Positions 34,201 through 46,549 of a stretch of 64,000 bases of DNA are shown here, piece after piece; within the stretch, counting starts at the first letter, position 1, and the number at the start of each line of letters is the position of its first letter. Both the position numbers and the translations under genes were made by a program. Origin of the DNA: Paraspadella gotoi (lineage: Eukaryota; Animalia; Chaetognatha); assembly GCA_051294375.1 (NCBI GenBank), contig CM119267.1, positions 11,729,553 to 11,793,552 of the forward strand. The letters are read 5' to 3'. Below the pieces are notes generated by a model, which was not told the origin of the DNA, ran no database searches, and saw only the letters and a list, made by a program, of their open reading frames with translations.

Positions 34201-36865
34201 CGCCGCCTTTCCTGATTTTTCCAACCAGGTGCTGCTCCACGACGTCGAGTTGGAGGACAACGCAGTGGCGGATATCTCGACGGCGTCTACGGCGTGGTTG
34301 CCGTGTCTCGTTAACCTTTCGCTCGGCAACAACGCGTTGGAGAGACTTCCTCCGCTCAAACATCTCCTCTGCCTCGAGTCCCTCGACGTTTCGAGAAATT
34401 GCGTCGCCGACCCGAAGGAAATCGAAGAGCCCGTCCGCGGCCTGAAGAGACTCAAGCATTTGGACTACACTGGAAACCCGATGGCCGCTCACGAGATGAC
34501 AAGAACCTCTTTCGCGAATTTGCTGCCGACTTTGCGAACTTTAAATCGCCTCGACTTCGAAGCGAAAGGAGGTTTCTCTTCTTCCAGCTCCTCCAACGAC
34601 TTTGAAAGAATGTGCGAGTTGCAGGCGGCATCGATGATCGCCTCCACATCCACCATCATCGGAATCATCGCGGAAGAGAGGGAGATGCACCGTCGTTTGA
34701 AGGATCTGGAGGAGGAGTTCCGAAAGAGCAGGGAACTGGCAGTCTTGTTTAGAGAGGCGCACGAGTTCGGTTCGGTATGCGCCGACTTTGAGATCGAGTT
34801 GGAGAGGAAGAGAGAAGAAGAGGAAGAAAGGAAAAGAGAGAAAGAGGAAAAAATCAAAAAGGAGGAAGAAATAGAAAAGCTAAACGAAGAGCAGAAGGAA
34901 ATAACAAAAGAAGAAAAAAACAAAAGGCTCAAAGAGGAAGAGGAAAAAACAATAAAGGAGGAAGAAAGCAAAAGGCTCAAAGAGGAAGAGGAAAAAACAT
35001 TAAAGGAGGAAGAAAGGAAAAGGCAAAAAGAGGAGGAGAAAAGAGAGGAGATTCAAAGAAGAGAGGATGAAAAGAAAGTAAGAAAGCAGGAAGAGAAAAT
35101 CAGAAATAATCGCGAGGATGAGGACGAAAAAAAAAAGGAGGAATCGAAAGAAAAATCGGAGGCCGAACTGAAATCCTGTGCAGAAACGAAACAAGTCGAT
35201 GGAAAGATTCGAGGAGAAGCAGAGAAAATTCCCAAGGAATTTTCTATCTCGAATCTTCCGTCAACATCGTCATTGACGAAAAATGCAAAGATCTCTCCGC
35301 TATCGATCCCGCCGGTCTCAGAGTTCGTTCGAAATCGCGCCGCCAGGGTCATCCAGCGCCGATGGAGGCTCCTCATCCGGCAACGCTACATGGAATACTT
35401 CAGAGAGCTCCAGAGCGCGGCGACGACGATTCAGCGGTCGTGGCGAAAATGGCGGGAACGGCGCCACCGTGACGCCGCCACGACGATTCAAAGGATGTGG
35501 CGCGGCTTCGACGTGAGGAATCGGCTGCGGAAGGCGAGGGAATGGGTGAAAAGGTTCGAGGATGAAGATGAGGAAGAGGAGGACGAGTTTTCCGAAGTGA
35601 GACTCGACGCGTTCGAGATCGACGACGGAGTCGACGATTGGCGACCGAACTTTGAGAGTCTCGACGATTTCGTCGACGCCGATGAGGGAATTTCCGCTGA
35701 GAGGAAGGAGGCTTGGCGCGCGAAGAGAGAAGAAACGTCGAAGATCGAAACGACAGAAACTGATCAACCGCGGTTTCGAAGCCCGGTCTCTCGAACCTCG
35801 TCGGTGGATACACGCGCGCGCGGAATGTCGCCGCTTTCGGCAGATTCGCGGGCGCGCGTAACGACGCCTTCGTCCGTACTTTCCTTGTCTCGCCTGGAGG
35901 GACGCCGGAGGGAGAACATTAGGCAAGATTGGGGATTTCGTGACGCCGACACCGCCGTCATGATGTACCGGCGCGCCAAGAAGATGAAATATCGCGCCGA
36001 ATCGAAAACAAAAAAGCAACGAATGGATCCCCTTCAGAAGTTGGCGGCGCTGCGGCGGAAGGAAGCGGAGGATGGAGCAGAAGGGGCGTTGGTGGGCGCG
36101 GTCCACAAGAAGTCGGGAGGGAACGGAAGGAAAGAGTACTTTGAGGCCAGAGCGGAAGCCTTTGCTGCACAGGTTGGTTTTTATCAAATAATTTCGTTTC
36201 ATTCTATATTCCCTTCTAAAAAAATAAAGCCTAATGGATTAATTCGATCTTTAATTATCGTGTTTGACGTAGGACGTGACGCCGCGCGAAGAAAAGGAAA
36301 GGCGTCAAGATTTCACGTATAAATGGCTCGACCAACAGGCGTCTTTTTATTCGAGGGAGGAAACAGAAGGGAGAAGCGTAAACAAAAAAGCAAAGAAGCA
36401 CGGGTAAGTTTGATAACTTACCACATCGTGACCAAATAAGCCTTCATTATGAATAGTAAACATACATATTTCATAATGATAATAATAACATAATAATGTC
36501 CATAATTTCGATCAATCGCTTCCAGGTCATCGTTGAGGGATTCCCTTCCCCGCCTCACACCTGATGCTCTGCGCGGGAGGCCTGTCAACCTTACAAACCC
36601 GGACACCGTGAGCGTCTCGTCCTTCGCTTCCTCTAAAACCGGAAGCGGATCCGACGCCGGTCACGCCTATCGCGCCACCCTTGGCCCCGGCAACAAAGGG
36701 CGTTACTTCATTACGGGCGGTGTCGGCGGCGGCGGACCGGACGGCGACGCCAGAATCTTCTTCGGCGAAAATCGCGTTCGACGCTGCGAGGAAGAAACGA
36801 AATTTCCGCCGGTGAAGAAAAAAGGCGCCGGTTTCTTGGTTTCGACGAGAACGGAGCGGAGATGA
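31211..36865 (+). CDS. LRRIQ1: Leucine-rich repeat and IQ motif protein (LRRIQ1-like)
   Basis: Exons 31211-31385, 31615-31852, 31999-36172, 36273-36403, 36526-36865. Several IQ motifs (AATTLQAAWRGWRSRK, AATTIQRMWRGFDVR), an SDS22-like LRR array (LDLSHN repeats), E/K/R-rich helices, and C-terminal WGFRD..TA..M..RAKKMK, TYKWL and LPRLTPDAL blocks. Confidence 0.88.
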
Positions 36866-37382
36866 GAGGGGATAAGCCTCTTCCTCGGAATAAACCTTTC
36901 TGTTAATACTTGAATTGATAACCTATTTTTTATAAAATAAAAAAAAAAAAACTTGCGAGTAAAAACGTGTAAACCTAATCGATATATTTTATTTTTCGCT
37001 TGATACGTCGTGCGTTTTATTCCGTTGTTAGTTTGCTCAATTTGCCAATTTCTGCCGATCGATGCCAACATTTTTGTCTATATTTCAAACCATTTTGGTC
37101 CTTTGTTGAATCATTTTTCTCATCTTAGCCTCGTCAGTTCCGGGACACTCCAAGGATGACTCCCTCTGTCTCTATGTTTTCACTGAAGTCCCGCATACAG
37201 TAGGTAAGAAAAAAAATGATAAATTCAGATCGTAGATAATTTCAGAAGCGTACCGAGTGAGATCAAATGGCAAAAACCGCTCCAGAGGCGCGCAGCAATT
37301 TAGAGAATTTGTAAAAAACACCTTTCTTCCTTCGTGCGGTTAGAAATCGACGTTCGATACTGAAGTAGGAAATTCAGAGAAA

Positions 37383-37912
37383 ATGCCGACGATGACGAAC
37401 ACGTTCCCGGCGGGGGAAGCGAGGATCGGACACTCGTGCTGGCGCGACGATACCAAGCACGAGATTAAGGTGAGCGTCCGAATCCAGTAAATTGGATGGG
37501 AAACGAGCTCACCTTTTAAGTTTAACTTGCCCATATTTCCTGTGATCGCGCAGCTGTCACACGCGGTGATCAGAAAAGCGGATCGATCCACAGAAGTCGG
37601 CCGCGCCATCGATCCGATCCCAGTTTTTCGCGACACAATTTTGGATTTGAGCAAGGATGGTATACTTCTCTACTCAAGGGACACACGGTAAGTGGAAATG
37701 TTATAAAAAAAAAGAAAGAAAGAAAGAAAGAATGAAAGAAAGAAAGAAAGAAAGAAAAAAAGAAAATAATATAATATAATATATATAATATAATAATTAT
37801 AAACGTCAATTACACTAGAAAGAAAGAAAAAAAGAAAGAAAGAAAGAAAGAAAGAAAGAATATAATATAAATATAATATATATAATATAATAATAATAAA
37901 CGTCAATTACAC

Positions 37913-37963
<51 letters not shown>

Positions 37964-38849
37964 GAAGGAAGGAAGGAAGGAAGGAAGGAAGGAAGGAAGG
38001 AAGGAAGGATAAAAGTAAAGAACCCAAAAAATGTTTTATAAGAATATAAGACAAGCCCCAATAAAGGATTCAACTCTTTTTAGCGCGGTGGTTTTTCGTC
38101 TTCGTGAAAAGTTTCTTATGGTCAACGACGAAATAAAAGCGTTGAATCGCGTCAAGGAGACTCTGGAAAAGGCTTTGGATCACAAGCGGAAGGACTTGAC
38201 GCTGAGTCAACGGTCGACCGACATTCGGAGAACGCGACCCAGGTTTCGAAGAGATTGGATGAATTTAGAATTAGTTTTTGCAACGATTATGATTAGTCTG
38301 TTTAGTGTTCTTAACAGTCATTTCCCCATCCAGGCGCGAGCAGCCCAACGACGGCGCCGACGACCTCCTCAACGCAGAGCGAATTCATCTCGTCAACCTC
38401 AAGCGCACCTTGGAGGCGCAGCTAAAGATGGTGCAGGACATGCTTATCGCTTTGGGCAACACGCGCCGAAGGCTCAGGGTAAATAGCTGTGCGGGGTAAA
38501 GAGTGCCGAAGGAAAGACAAAATCAATCTCTCTCTCTCTCTCTCTCTCTCAGGCCGTCATTCAAGAGCGGTCCTTAGTGCTGGACTTTACAAATCCCGGC
38601 GCTTCGTCGCTCGTCGCGGTTCCTTCCCGTTTCGATCCGAAGATCACGAAGTCAGCGACTGGGGAGAAGATTGAAGAGCTGCCGCCGCCCGACCCGCTGT
38701 CGCCTTACTCGCCCGAGGCCGCCGCCGCCGCGGCAGAGGCCGATCACAACGTCAAAGTTTCAAAGGTTGTTTCGTAATTTGCAGGTGGTCTATTTGTGGA
38801 TTTATGGAAGGAATTATTAACTAAGAGTCTGCCAAAAGTCGCGAAAAAA

Positions 38850-38892
<43 letters not shown>

Positions 38893-39944
38893 ATATTTGC
38901 AATCTAATTTGGAGATTTAAAGTAAAGGACAATCATTATGAAACCTTTCCAATTTGCAATTTATGCAGACGTCTTTTCTTTCCAAATAATCCCAATCCAG
39001 TAGTTTTTCTATTAGTGATATATTTGTACTAATATTGATAACGGTAATACAATTTACAGTGTGGTCAAACAAATATTTTTTCTGAACAATACGTTTTGAG
39101 AGAGAGAGATATGAGAGAAGGGAAAAAAATGAGAGAACTCTTTAAAAACTTTCTTTAATTTGTCTTTCAGTGCCTTCGCAACGAAACTCGAGCTCTCATC
39201 GCTCAAACGGAGAGGCTACAGAGACAGGCTCACACGAGCGTTAACGAGGCGCTGACGCGCAAGATCGCTGAGTCGGTTTCTCTCGCGCAGGTGACAATTT
39301 CGACCGGTCGATACACTTGTTCTTAATTAATTACTAATATCTTATGATTTCTTTTTACCCTCTAGGACATCACTGTCCAACAAGGAGAAAATCGGCACGC
39401 CCTCAACCGCCAAATCAACTTCTTCGAGAACACGGAGCGGACGTATGGAATCCAGCTTGGTCCGCTGAGCGGGGAAACGCTCAAGTCTGCCGAGAAACTC
39501 ACGCGCCCGATGGTCAACGTGAGTGACGCCTGGAGAAAATATATTCTGAAACAGTTTTAGAAATATAGGCGCAAAACTTTAGCTCTTTTTCCGCTCGTCA
39601 GGTTTATCAACGTCATCCGGGAACGCAACTTCCCGAAGCTCAGACAATCATCAAATCCGCGGACGGACTCCTGGAATCGATGATCGTCTCCTCGCGGAAT
39701 ATTGCGGCACTGACCTGCGTGGGCAATAGGCTTCAGTGAGTATGAAGTTTGGAAATATTTCGAGCTGCTTTCAAGATAAGCGTCTATTTTTACAAATTAT
39801 TTTTTTTTTTTAAATTACTTGTACCTCCGTACCTTTAGGGCCGATCGCTCAGACAAGGAAAAGGGCTACCAGACTGATAGCGCCGTGGTTCGCCTCCGGC
39901 GTCGCAGTGCGCCCCACCGTTGGTTTATGCCGATTCCGCGTTGA
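37383..39944 (+). CDS. TEKTL1: Tektin-like protein (TEKTL1/CCDC105-like), 9 exons
   Basis: Spliced coiled-coil product with LEKALDHKRKDL, RP.REQPNDGADDLL, PPPDPLSPYSPE, EKLTRPMVNVYQRHPGTQLPEA and DSAVVRLRRR; stop at 39942-39944. Confidence 0.85.
37705..38010. repeat. (GAAA)n/(GGAA)n tracts within a ~100 bp tandem duplication
   Basis: The block TATAATATA...AAACGTCAATTACAC-AGAAAGAAAG occurs twice inside TEKTL1 intron 2. Confidence 0.85.
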
Positions 39945-41079
39945 GTTGACCCACGTTAAACTTTCTTCTCCCGTGGTCACCACGGGAATGAGGGCAACCG
40001 CACCAAGTTTTCGATCTCACTGCAAGAAAATTTCTATCTTCACGTTAAACTTTTTTTATCTCTTTATTCTAATCTCTCTTAACGTTTTTACGATTCGAAG
40101 CAATCGGGAGCTGGAGATCCTGCGCTAACAATATAATGATAATTAATGATATACATATAATAATCTTTATAATATCTAATGCCAACTTTCACAAATTTTA
40201 TTTTTGCTTTGCATCTTTACTCGCTTCTAATTCAAGCAGTTTACGAACGATCAATGAAAATTAATAGAAATTAACAGGCTTTTAAAGTTTTGATTTTTGT
40301 ATTAAATAAGTGTAATTCAGTTAGTTCATTTCGACATCTCCAATACGAGGTATTATAGTAGAAATAGAAATAATAAGACAAATCTGTTTATAAAACTCAC
40401 AAACTTTCTTTTCAAATGAAAACAATAGAAATATTAAAATGTAAATAAAAATAAATAAAATGGCCTTCAGGAAGTTAAAATACATATGAAAATTTTCGTG
40501 TAACGCTATATCTAAAAAAGTCAGAAAAACCCCACTTGACCGTGGTCGAGAATAGAGTGCAGTTGAAAAATTTTAGAAATTTAAATCACGGCCAATATTT
40601 TCCGTGGCGACTCGTTCGTTGACAAGGCATTATAAAAGTACAACGAAACATAAGAAATTTTGAAAGCGCTGGATAAAAGAAGCATAGAAAATAATGGAGA
40701 AGCTACTTCTGTAAAGCGACAATCCATAACCATTACATATAAGTATGATGTTTAAGGAACTTGGGAATGTTCTCCGAGTTGATAGATATTTTTTTTTGGT
40801 TGATATTTAATAAGAAAATGCGATCAAACGGATTATTTTTAGGAATGTAACGACTAAAATAATTGAGAATCGAAGTTAACGTTTAAATAACGAATAACTT
40901 TAAACAACAATTTCTCCAAAACTTTGACAGTTTATTAAATAATGTTCATAATCCTTATTCAGATGATCGTTTGATCTCCAAGCGATATCAGTGCAAAAAA
41001 CACATACAGTGATGCCCTCACATTCACTTTTCCGATTCGATGTATCGGACGAGTTTTTTCTTTAAAAACCCGTTCTTTT

Positions 41080-44000
41080 TTAAAGCCAGAAAAATCGATT
41101 GAAGACGGCGAGATGATCCGACGCGTGTCTCAACCACGAAAAAGTTCCGTCGTCACGCATCAAGCGATTATCCGGTGGCGGCGATCGCATCTGTCCCTCC
41201 TTGGAGGCGTGAATCAAGTTGCTAAAGCAATTCGTTAACGCCGCGAGCGGTACAAAGGTCCAAACGTCCTCAACGAAGTTTTCCACGTTGGAGGCGACAC
41301 TATCGTCGTCTCTCGATCGGCGCTCATCCACGAAGATGGAAAGATATTCGGCGACCATCTGCGAGACGGCGCGACGGAGATCGTCGCCCGTCATCGACGT
41401 CGCACCGCGCGACATGGCCAGATTGATCGAAGTGACAAGCTTGGCGAAATCGTAGACGGCTACGTTGGGCGCCGCCCACTCCTCGTCGATGAGGAGGATC
41501 TCTGGTTCTGCGCCGTCCGGTTCGGCGCTGACGATGATGTTGTTGGTGTTCGTGTCGAAGTGACCGAAGACGACGTTCATCGCGTGGGGCGTGCACATCC
41601 GATCCAAGACGCCGGCCACGATGCCGTCGATACGGCGCGAGACTAGGATGACGTCCTCGACCAAGCTACGCCACACAAGATCGCCGTCGAGTGACGAACA
41701 CTGCAACGATAAGACGGCGTCGCGGCGCCACTGCTCCAACAGTCTAAACGAAACTGGAGCCCCGAGAATGCCAGGAAAGTGTCTCCGCAGAATATTGTCT
41801 TGGAATCCCGAGTCCTCGATGAGGAGATGAAATCGGGCCAGAGAACGTCCCAAGCCGCGAAAAATTTCGTGAAGCCCATCGAACTCGCCATCGCCAGTAG
41901 CAGACAGAATCGCGTGCAGGGGTTTTCCTTCCACCCACTGTCGCACCAGGCCGATCTGTCGGCGACGGTCGAAATACACTGCCGACACGTCCTTGACAAA
42001 GGCGGGTCCTTGGCCTACGGCGGCCAATTGACTGCATAGGTTGACCACCAGCCGGTCTTTGTCGGCAACGAAGCGACGAGGCGTATTAACCGGACGAAAT
42101 TTTACCAACGTGTGCCGAGCCATGGCGCCCGGGGAGTCTAGTTTTTCCCTGAAAGACACTTCGAAGATGCGGTTTCGAGTGATCTGCTTGACCTGTAGCG
42201 TCTCGAGGTCGACGTAGGATTCCTCGTCATCGCGTAGCAACGACAAACGCAACAGGTCTTGCGGCAACAACGCACGGCAATCCTCTTTATATGCTTTGCG
42301 AGTGGCCAAGTAAGCCAGCCACTCGCAGATGCGACGCGGTGAAGAAGGCACGCCTGGTGAAAGTATTAAACCAATTAGCAGGAGAAACTACAGTGAACAA
42401 CAAGCAAAAAGAATTGAATGACTACCTTTATATCCTGGTAGTACATTGACGTCTACTACAAAGAGCCGCTGTGATCCGGTTTCCAACAAAACGTCAAACC
42501 CGAAAAGATCTACTAACAACTCTCTCGCCAATGCCTGTGTCAGGAGGCGGAATACCTCGACGTCCAAGTCGGTACATTTTTCTAAAGGCCTAAGGGCATT
42601 GATGGAATGAGAGAGATCAATATCCATAAATTTAATGTCATGATTTCATGTCATTACAACGAACTGAAGTGCTGATGTCGTTTGGTGATTTTATCGGATT
42701 GAAAGACGACATAGCCCCCGCCACCGGAGTCGTCGACGGCAATGAAATCTCCCAACACTTTTTCAGCGAAGGAATGCCAGGAGTCGATCGAGGGAATTCT
42801 TGGCAGATCTGGTAAAGATGGTCTGCGAATGACGAAAATATCTTTTCCAATGACATAAACCTGCGGCAATGATAAAATAGATTTAAAACAAGTTTGAGCA
42901 AACAATGCCCACGATCATTAGTGGTAATTAATATTTAATTAATACAAACTATATAAACTAAAATAATAATTTAATTAATAAATTAATTAATTTGATCCGA
43001 AATGTTTGTTTTTAGGTCTTTTCGTTATTGACCACGACAAAAGCAACGACGACAATAATGATGATAAAGATTGACTGATTGATTGATTAAATAATTAATT
43101 TATAAATTAATTGATATATTGAATAATTATTTAAATTAATTGACTAATTGATTAATTAACTCATTAATTATTTGATTAATTAATACATCTTGAATTTACA
43201 TTTAATATAAAAAGAAAAAGAAGCATAATCAATTAGTGAAACAGATTTTTTGTTTTTTTCATTTAAACTCATTTCTACTCGGACGATTCCATCGAAACTT
43301 GATTTGCATCTTAATCACACACTTTCCTACCCAAATACAAAATTTCAAGTCAATCGCCCCATCAACTCATGAGTAATTGGCGTTCAAATAGTGAAATAGA
43401 TTTTGTTGTTTTTTCCATTTAGACTCATTTCCACTCGTACCATTCCATCGAAACTTCATACCCACACACAAAATTCCATTCCAATCCATCCATCCAATCA
43501 CGAGCAATTGGAGTTTTTTGCTAAGGTGGGACAGACGGACCGACGGCCGGACATCGTTTTTTTATGCATAATTTATCATAATTCGATGTTCTGACATGAT
43601 ATAAGTAAATGCCCAACAAGATTGAGGGGACCGACGGACCGACAAAGTGAATTATAGAGTCGGGATATGCTGATAAGCAGTTCCGACTAATAAACTAACG
43701 GGGTTGAAATTCAAAACAATTAAATTTATAAGCAAGAAAATGAGAAACAGTCGCGAGATATACCTTCAAAATTGAGTCGTTATGAGGAACGTACTCCTCG
43801 ACGACGACATCGCATTTGCTTTCGTTCAGAAAATGCTGCAGCGAAGCCGTGTCGAATACCACTGCCATTGACTTGACCGAAGTCGAAGCCGGCTTCACAA
43901 CCAACGGAAAGGGGGGCAGAGAGCACTCCCCATGCCCGACGGGAAGCGAGGCGTCGGCGGTGAAGAGGAGCTTACAGCTCTGGGGTTTGTGGCAAACAAA

Positions 44001-46549
44001 TTCGATATCCGCAGAGTCGCCGGAGGAGTAACTGCAGCGGTCTATTTTGCTGTTAGTCAGGTCTGAATTAACGTCGCGGCAGTTTAAAGTGGTATTCACG
44101 GCAGTGCATACCTTGAAGACATTGAATTGAGTAAAGTATTGCTTTTTAGTTTTATAATTCATTAAAGACTAAATTTCTCTCGTCCAGTCACCTTAGCAAT
44201 CAGATGCTGCATTTGCGACCTGTTCGTTAAAATTAATTCAGTCTCCAGAGGAACTAACTCGAGACGAGCAAAAGTCGAAACGTTTTTTTTTCTTAACTCT
44301 TCGTAGTTTTTCATAATCGTTTCAGCTGTAAAAAAATTAGGTTTTGCATTCCGAAAGTACCGGGTGACACACTGAACCCGGCGCTAGAAAAAAATCGTCA
44401 TTTGCAAACCTATAATGATTTTTTTAATCTGACTTTTTAAAATAAAAACAAAAACAATTTATATATCTAAATATTATATGCTAGTAAACGGGATGGGACA
44501 TCTTACTCACCTGTAGTGGCGAACTACAATCAGATCCGAAGTTCTGAAATAACAGTCGGTTATTTGTCCTGTGGTGTGACACTAAAGTATTAATATTAAT
44601 ATCTTCTGAAAATTTAGAGAAAATAACATATTAAAGAATATTATAATAAAAAAATAAGCCTAATAAGCTTTAATTTAATCAAGGTAATGAAAGCTCTTGG
44701 AAATTTAAAGAAAATAACATATTTAAGAATATTATAATAAAAAAATAAGCCAACCCAAATATAATAAAAATAAAATATTTTACTTATTTTAACTATAATA
44801 ATCGAACAATAATTGTTTATATAAATATTATAAAAATGCTTGAGAAAGACTAAATTAAAATGGCTAACAATAATTTCATAATCATTATAAAGCTGCGCTT
44901 GAGCAATTTTTAATTTAACCATTATCTGAATTTTAATTACCTTTTTTGATTTCAAACTGGATATACTAATTTTTATATTACAGTATTTTTAATTATGCTA
45001 TTCTTTTCATTTTTTCAAAAGCTTTCAGAAGATAATAATATTGATTCCTTTTTATATAATTTTTTTTAAATAAGTTTTAAAAAAAGATTGAAAAAAAATT
45101 GAGTTTTAAAATGAAAAACGATTTTGAAAGCATTTTTTTTTCGCCAAGTCAAATCAAAACAAATAAATATAAAATTAAGAAATATAAATAATTTTAGTTT
45201 TACAGGTTCCCTTATGTCGATTTTTTTAAGCGGCGGGTTTCAGTGTGTCAACTTGTACATCAACTATAGCTCATTTCATATTTAAATATCAATTGAGTTG
45301 TTTTCTGAACGAAAAATAATAATTTACTTTTAATTTTCCTGAAATTAATCCCAAAAAAATTTGAACTGAATTCATAAATTGAAAACAAAATTCAATATAA
45401 ATTATACGCTATCAGCTATGGAAATCTATACCTTCGTCGTCGTATTCTCTTGAGCCGAGTGCTTTGTGCAATTTGGTGAGAATGAGGTCGGGTTTTCGAT
45501 CGTCGAGCACCAACTCGTCCCACTGTTTTTCTAGGTCGCGCCGAGGGTTTAAATTGTGAACTGTAATTAAATCGGGACGATCCAAGAGGTGTCTGGAAAG
45601 TTAAAATTAAATAAAATCATAATTGAATTAAAATCAAAGTAATTAAGTGTCATCAATAGCTAAATGTTCGCAATGAAGAATCGCCGTTAAATTTTAGAAT
45701 CGAGAATCATAATTAATAATACTATAATCTAGCAAAAAATAAATATAATTTTTTTTAAATAAAAAAACACATTTTAGCTTTAATGTAAGCCTTCATCAAC
45801 GTAGAAAAATAATTTGTTTTAAAAATTTTATTATTTGTAAACGTTACTAAAATTTTCTTGCTTCAGACAATTTCAATATACAATAAAACCCAAAAAAATC
45901 ACTCAATAATTGAAATAAAATTTAAAAAAACAATAATATAACAATAAATAAAATATATTGAAAAAATTTTTTTAATAATAAAAAAGTGAAAACAAATATC
46001 TTATCCGATAAATTCAGCGTATATAATTATTGTCACGTTCCTAATTTTTTTTCCCCGAAAAAAAAACTTTTTCATCTTCTTCCTCTTCATTTTCCCATAA
46101 GCATAAGCCTCCAGAACGTATTCAACTCCAGCATCCCCATAATAATTTATATTCCTATTAGATGAGAGGAACACAAACAGTTTACTATCCCACCTTTTGT
46201 CATCGCCTTTGGCGAAAATGGTGATGACATGAATAGGGCGACTCCGTCCCAATTTTGGGAGCGAATCTGATGTCGAGTTAGGAGTGCTGAAAATGAAGGA
46301 GTTTCTCGATTTTTTAAACCGTCAAAAAATACAATATGTAACTCCTGGTAGATTTTTCGTGTTAGTACTTGGTTTTGGTTTATTTAAAAACAAAAATAAC
46401 AGAAATACAAAAAGTCGTATCGTCTTGACTTACACCGCAGACATGCTGTTGCTCCATCGTAAGAGTCCTTCATCGCCAATTGGTTGTTCATCATTGGTGT
46501 GCTCGAAAAACAACCCGGAATTGACGCGGTTTTGTTCGAACTGAGCCAT
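41080..46549 (-). CDS. ITPK1-like inositol phosphate kinase (ATP-grasp) fused to a choline/ethanolamine-kinase-like (APH-fold) domain, ~870 aa
   Basis: Phase-consistent exons 46549-46434, 46286-46068, 45592-45432, 44325-44192, 44111-43764, 42860-42658, 42589-42426, 42353-41080. ITPK1 motifs: PDLILTKL, FPLVVKP, EEYVPHNDSILKVYVIG, RRPSL, LFGFDVL, VDVNVLPGYKG. Second kinase motifs: LARFH, VVFGHFDTNTNNI, LLIDEEWAAPN..YD. Confidence 0.85.
42886..43690 (+). mobile_element. Helentron-type non-autonomous element, family B (copy 1, fills an ITPK1 intron)
   Basis: Starts AAACAAGTTTGAGCAAACAATG, has internal tandem subrepeats and a (GACG/GACC) tract, and ends GTGAATTATAGAGTCGGGATATGCTGATAAGCAGTTCCGACTAA (terminal hairpin). 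Shared with 49348-50600. Confidence 0.8.
44360..45255. mobile_element. MITE with Tc1/mariner-like ends and TA flanks
   Basis: Imperfect ~45 bp terminal inverted repeats, TA|CCGGGTGACACACTGAACCCGGCGCT... and ...AGCGGCGGGTTTCAGTGTGTCAACTTG|TA, plus weaker internal inverted matches. It occupies most of the 44326-45431 intron. Confidence 0.7.

Noticed and set aside
32021-36202. Long antisense ORFs (up to 340 aa) over LRRIQ1
   Set aside because: Shadow frames of a GC-rich, purine-biased coding exon, with no independent motifs.
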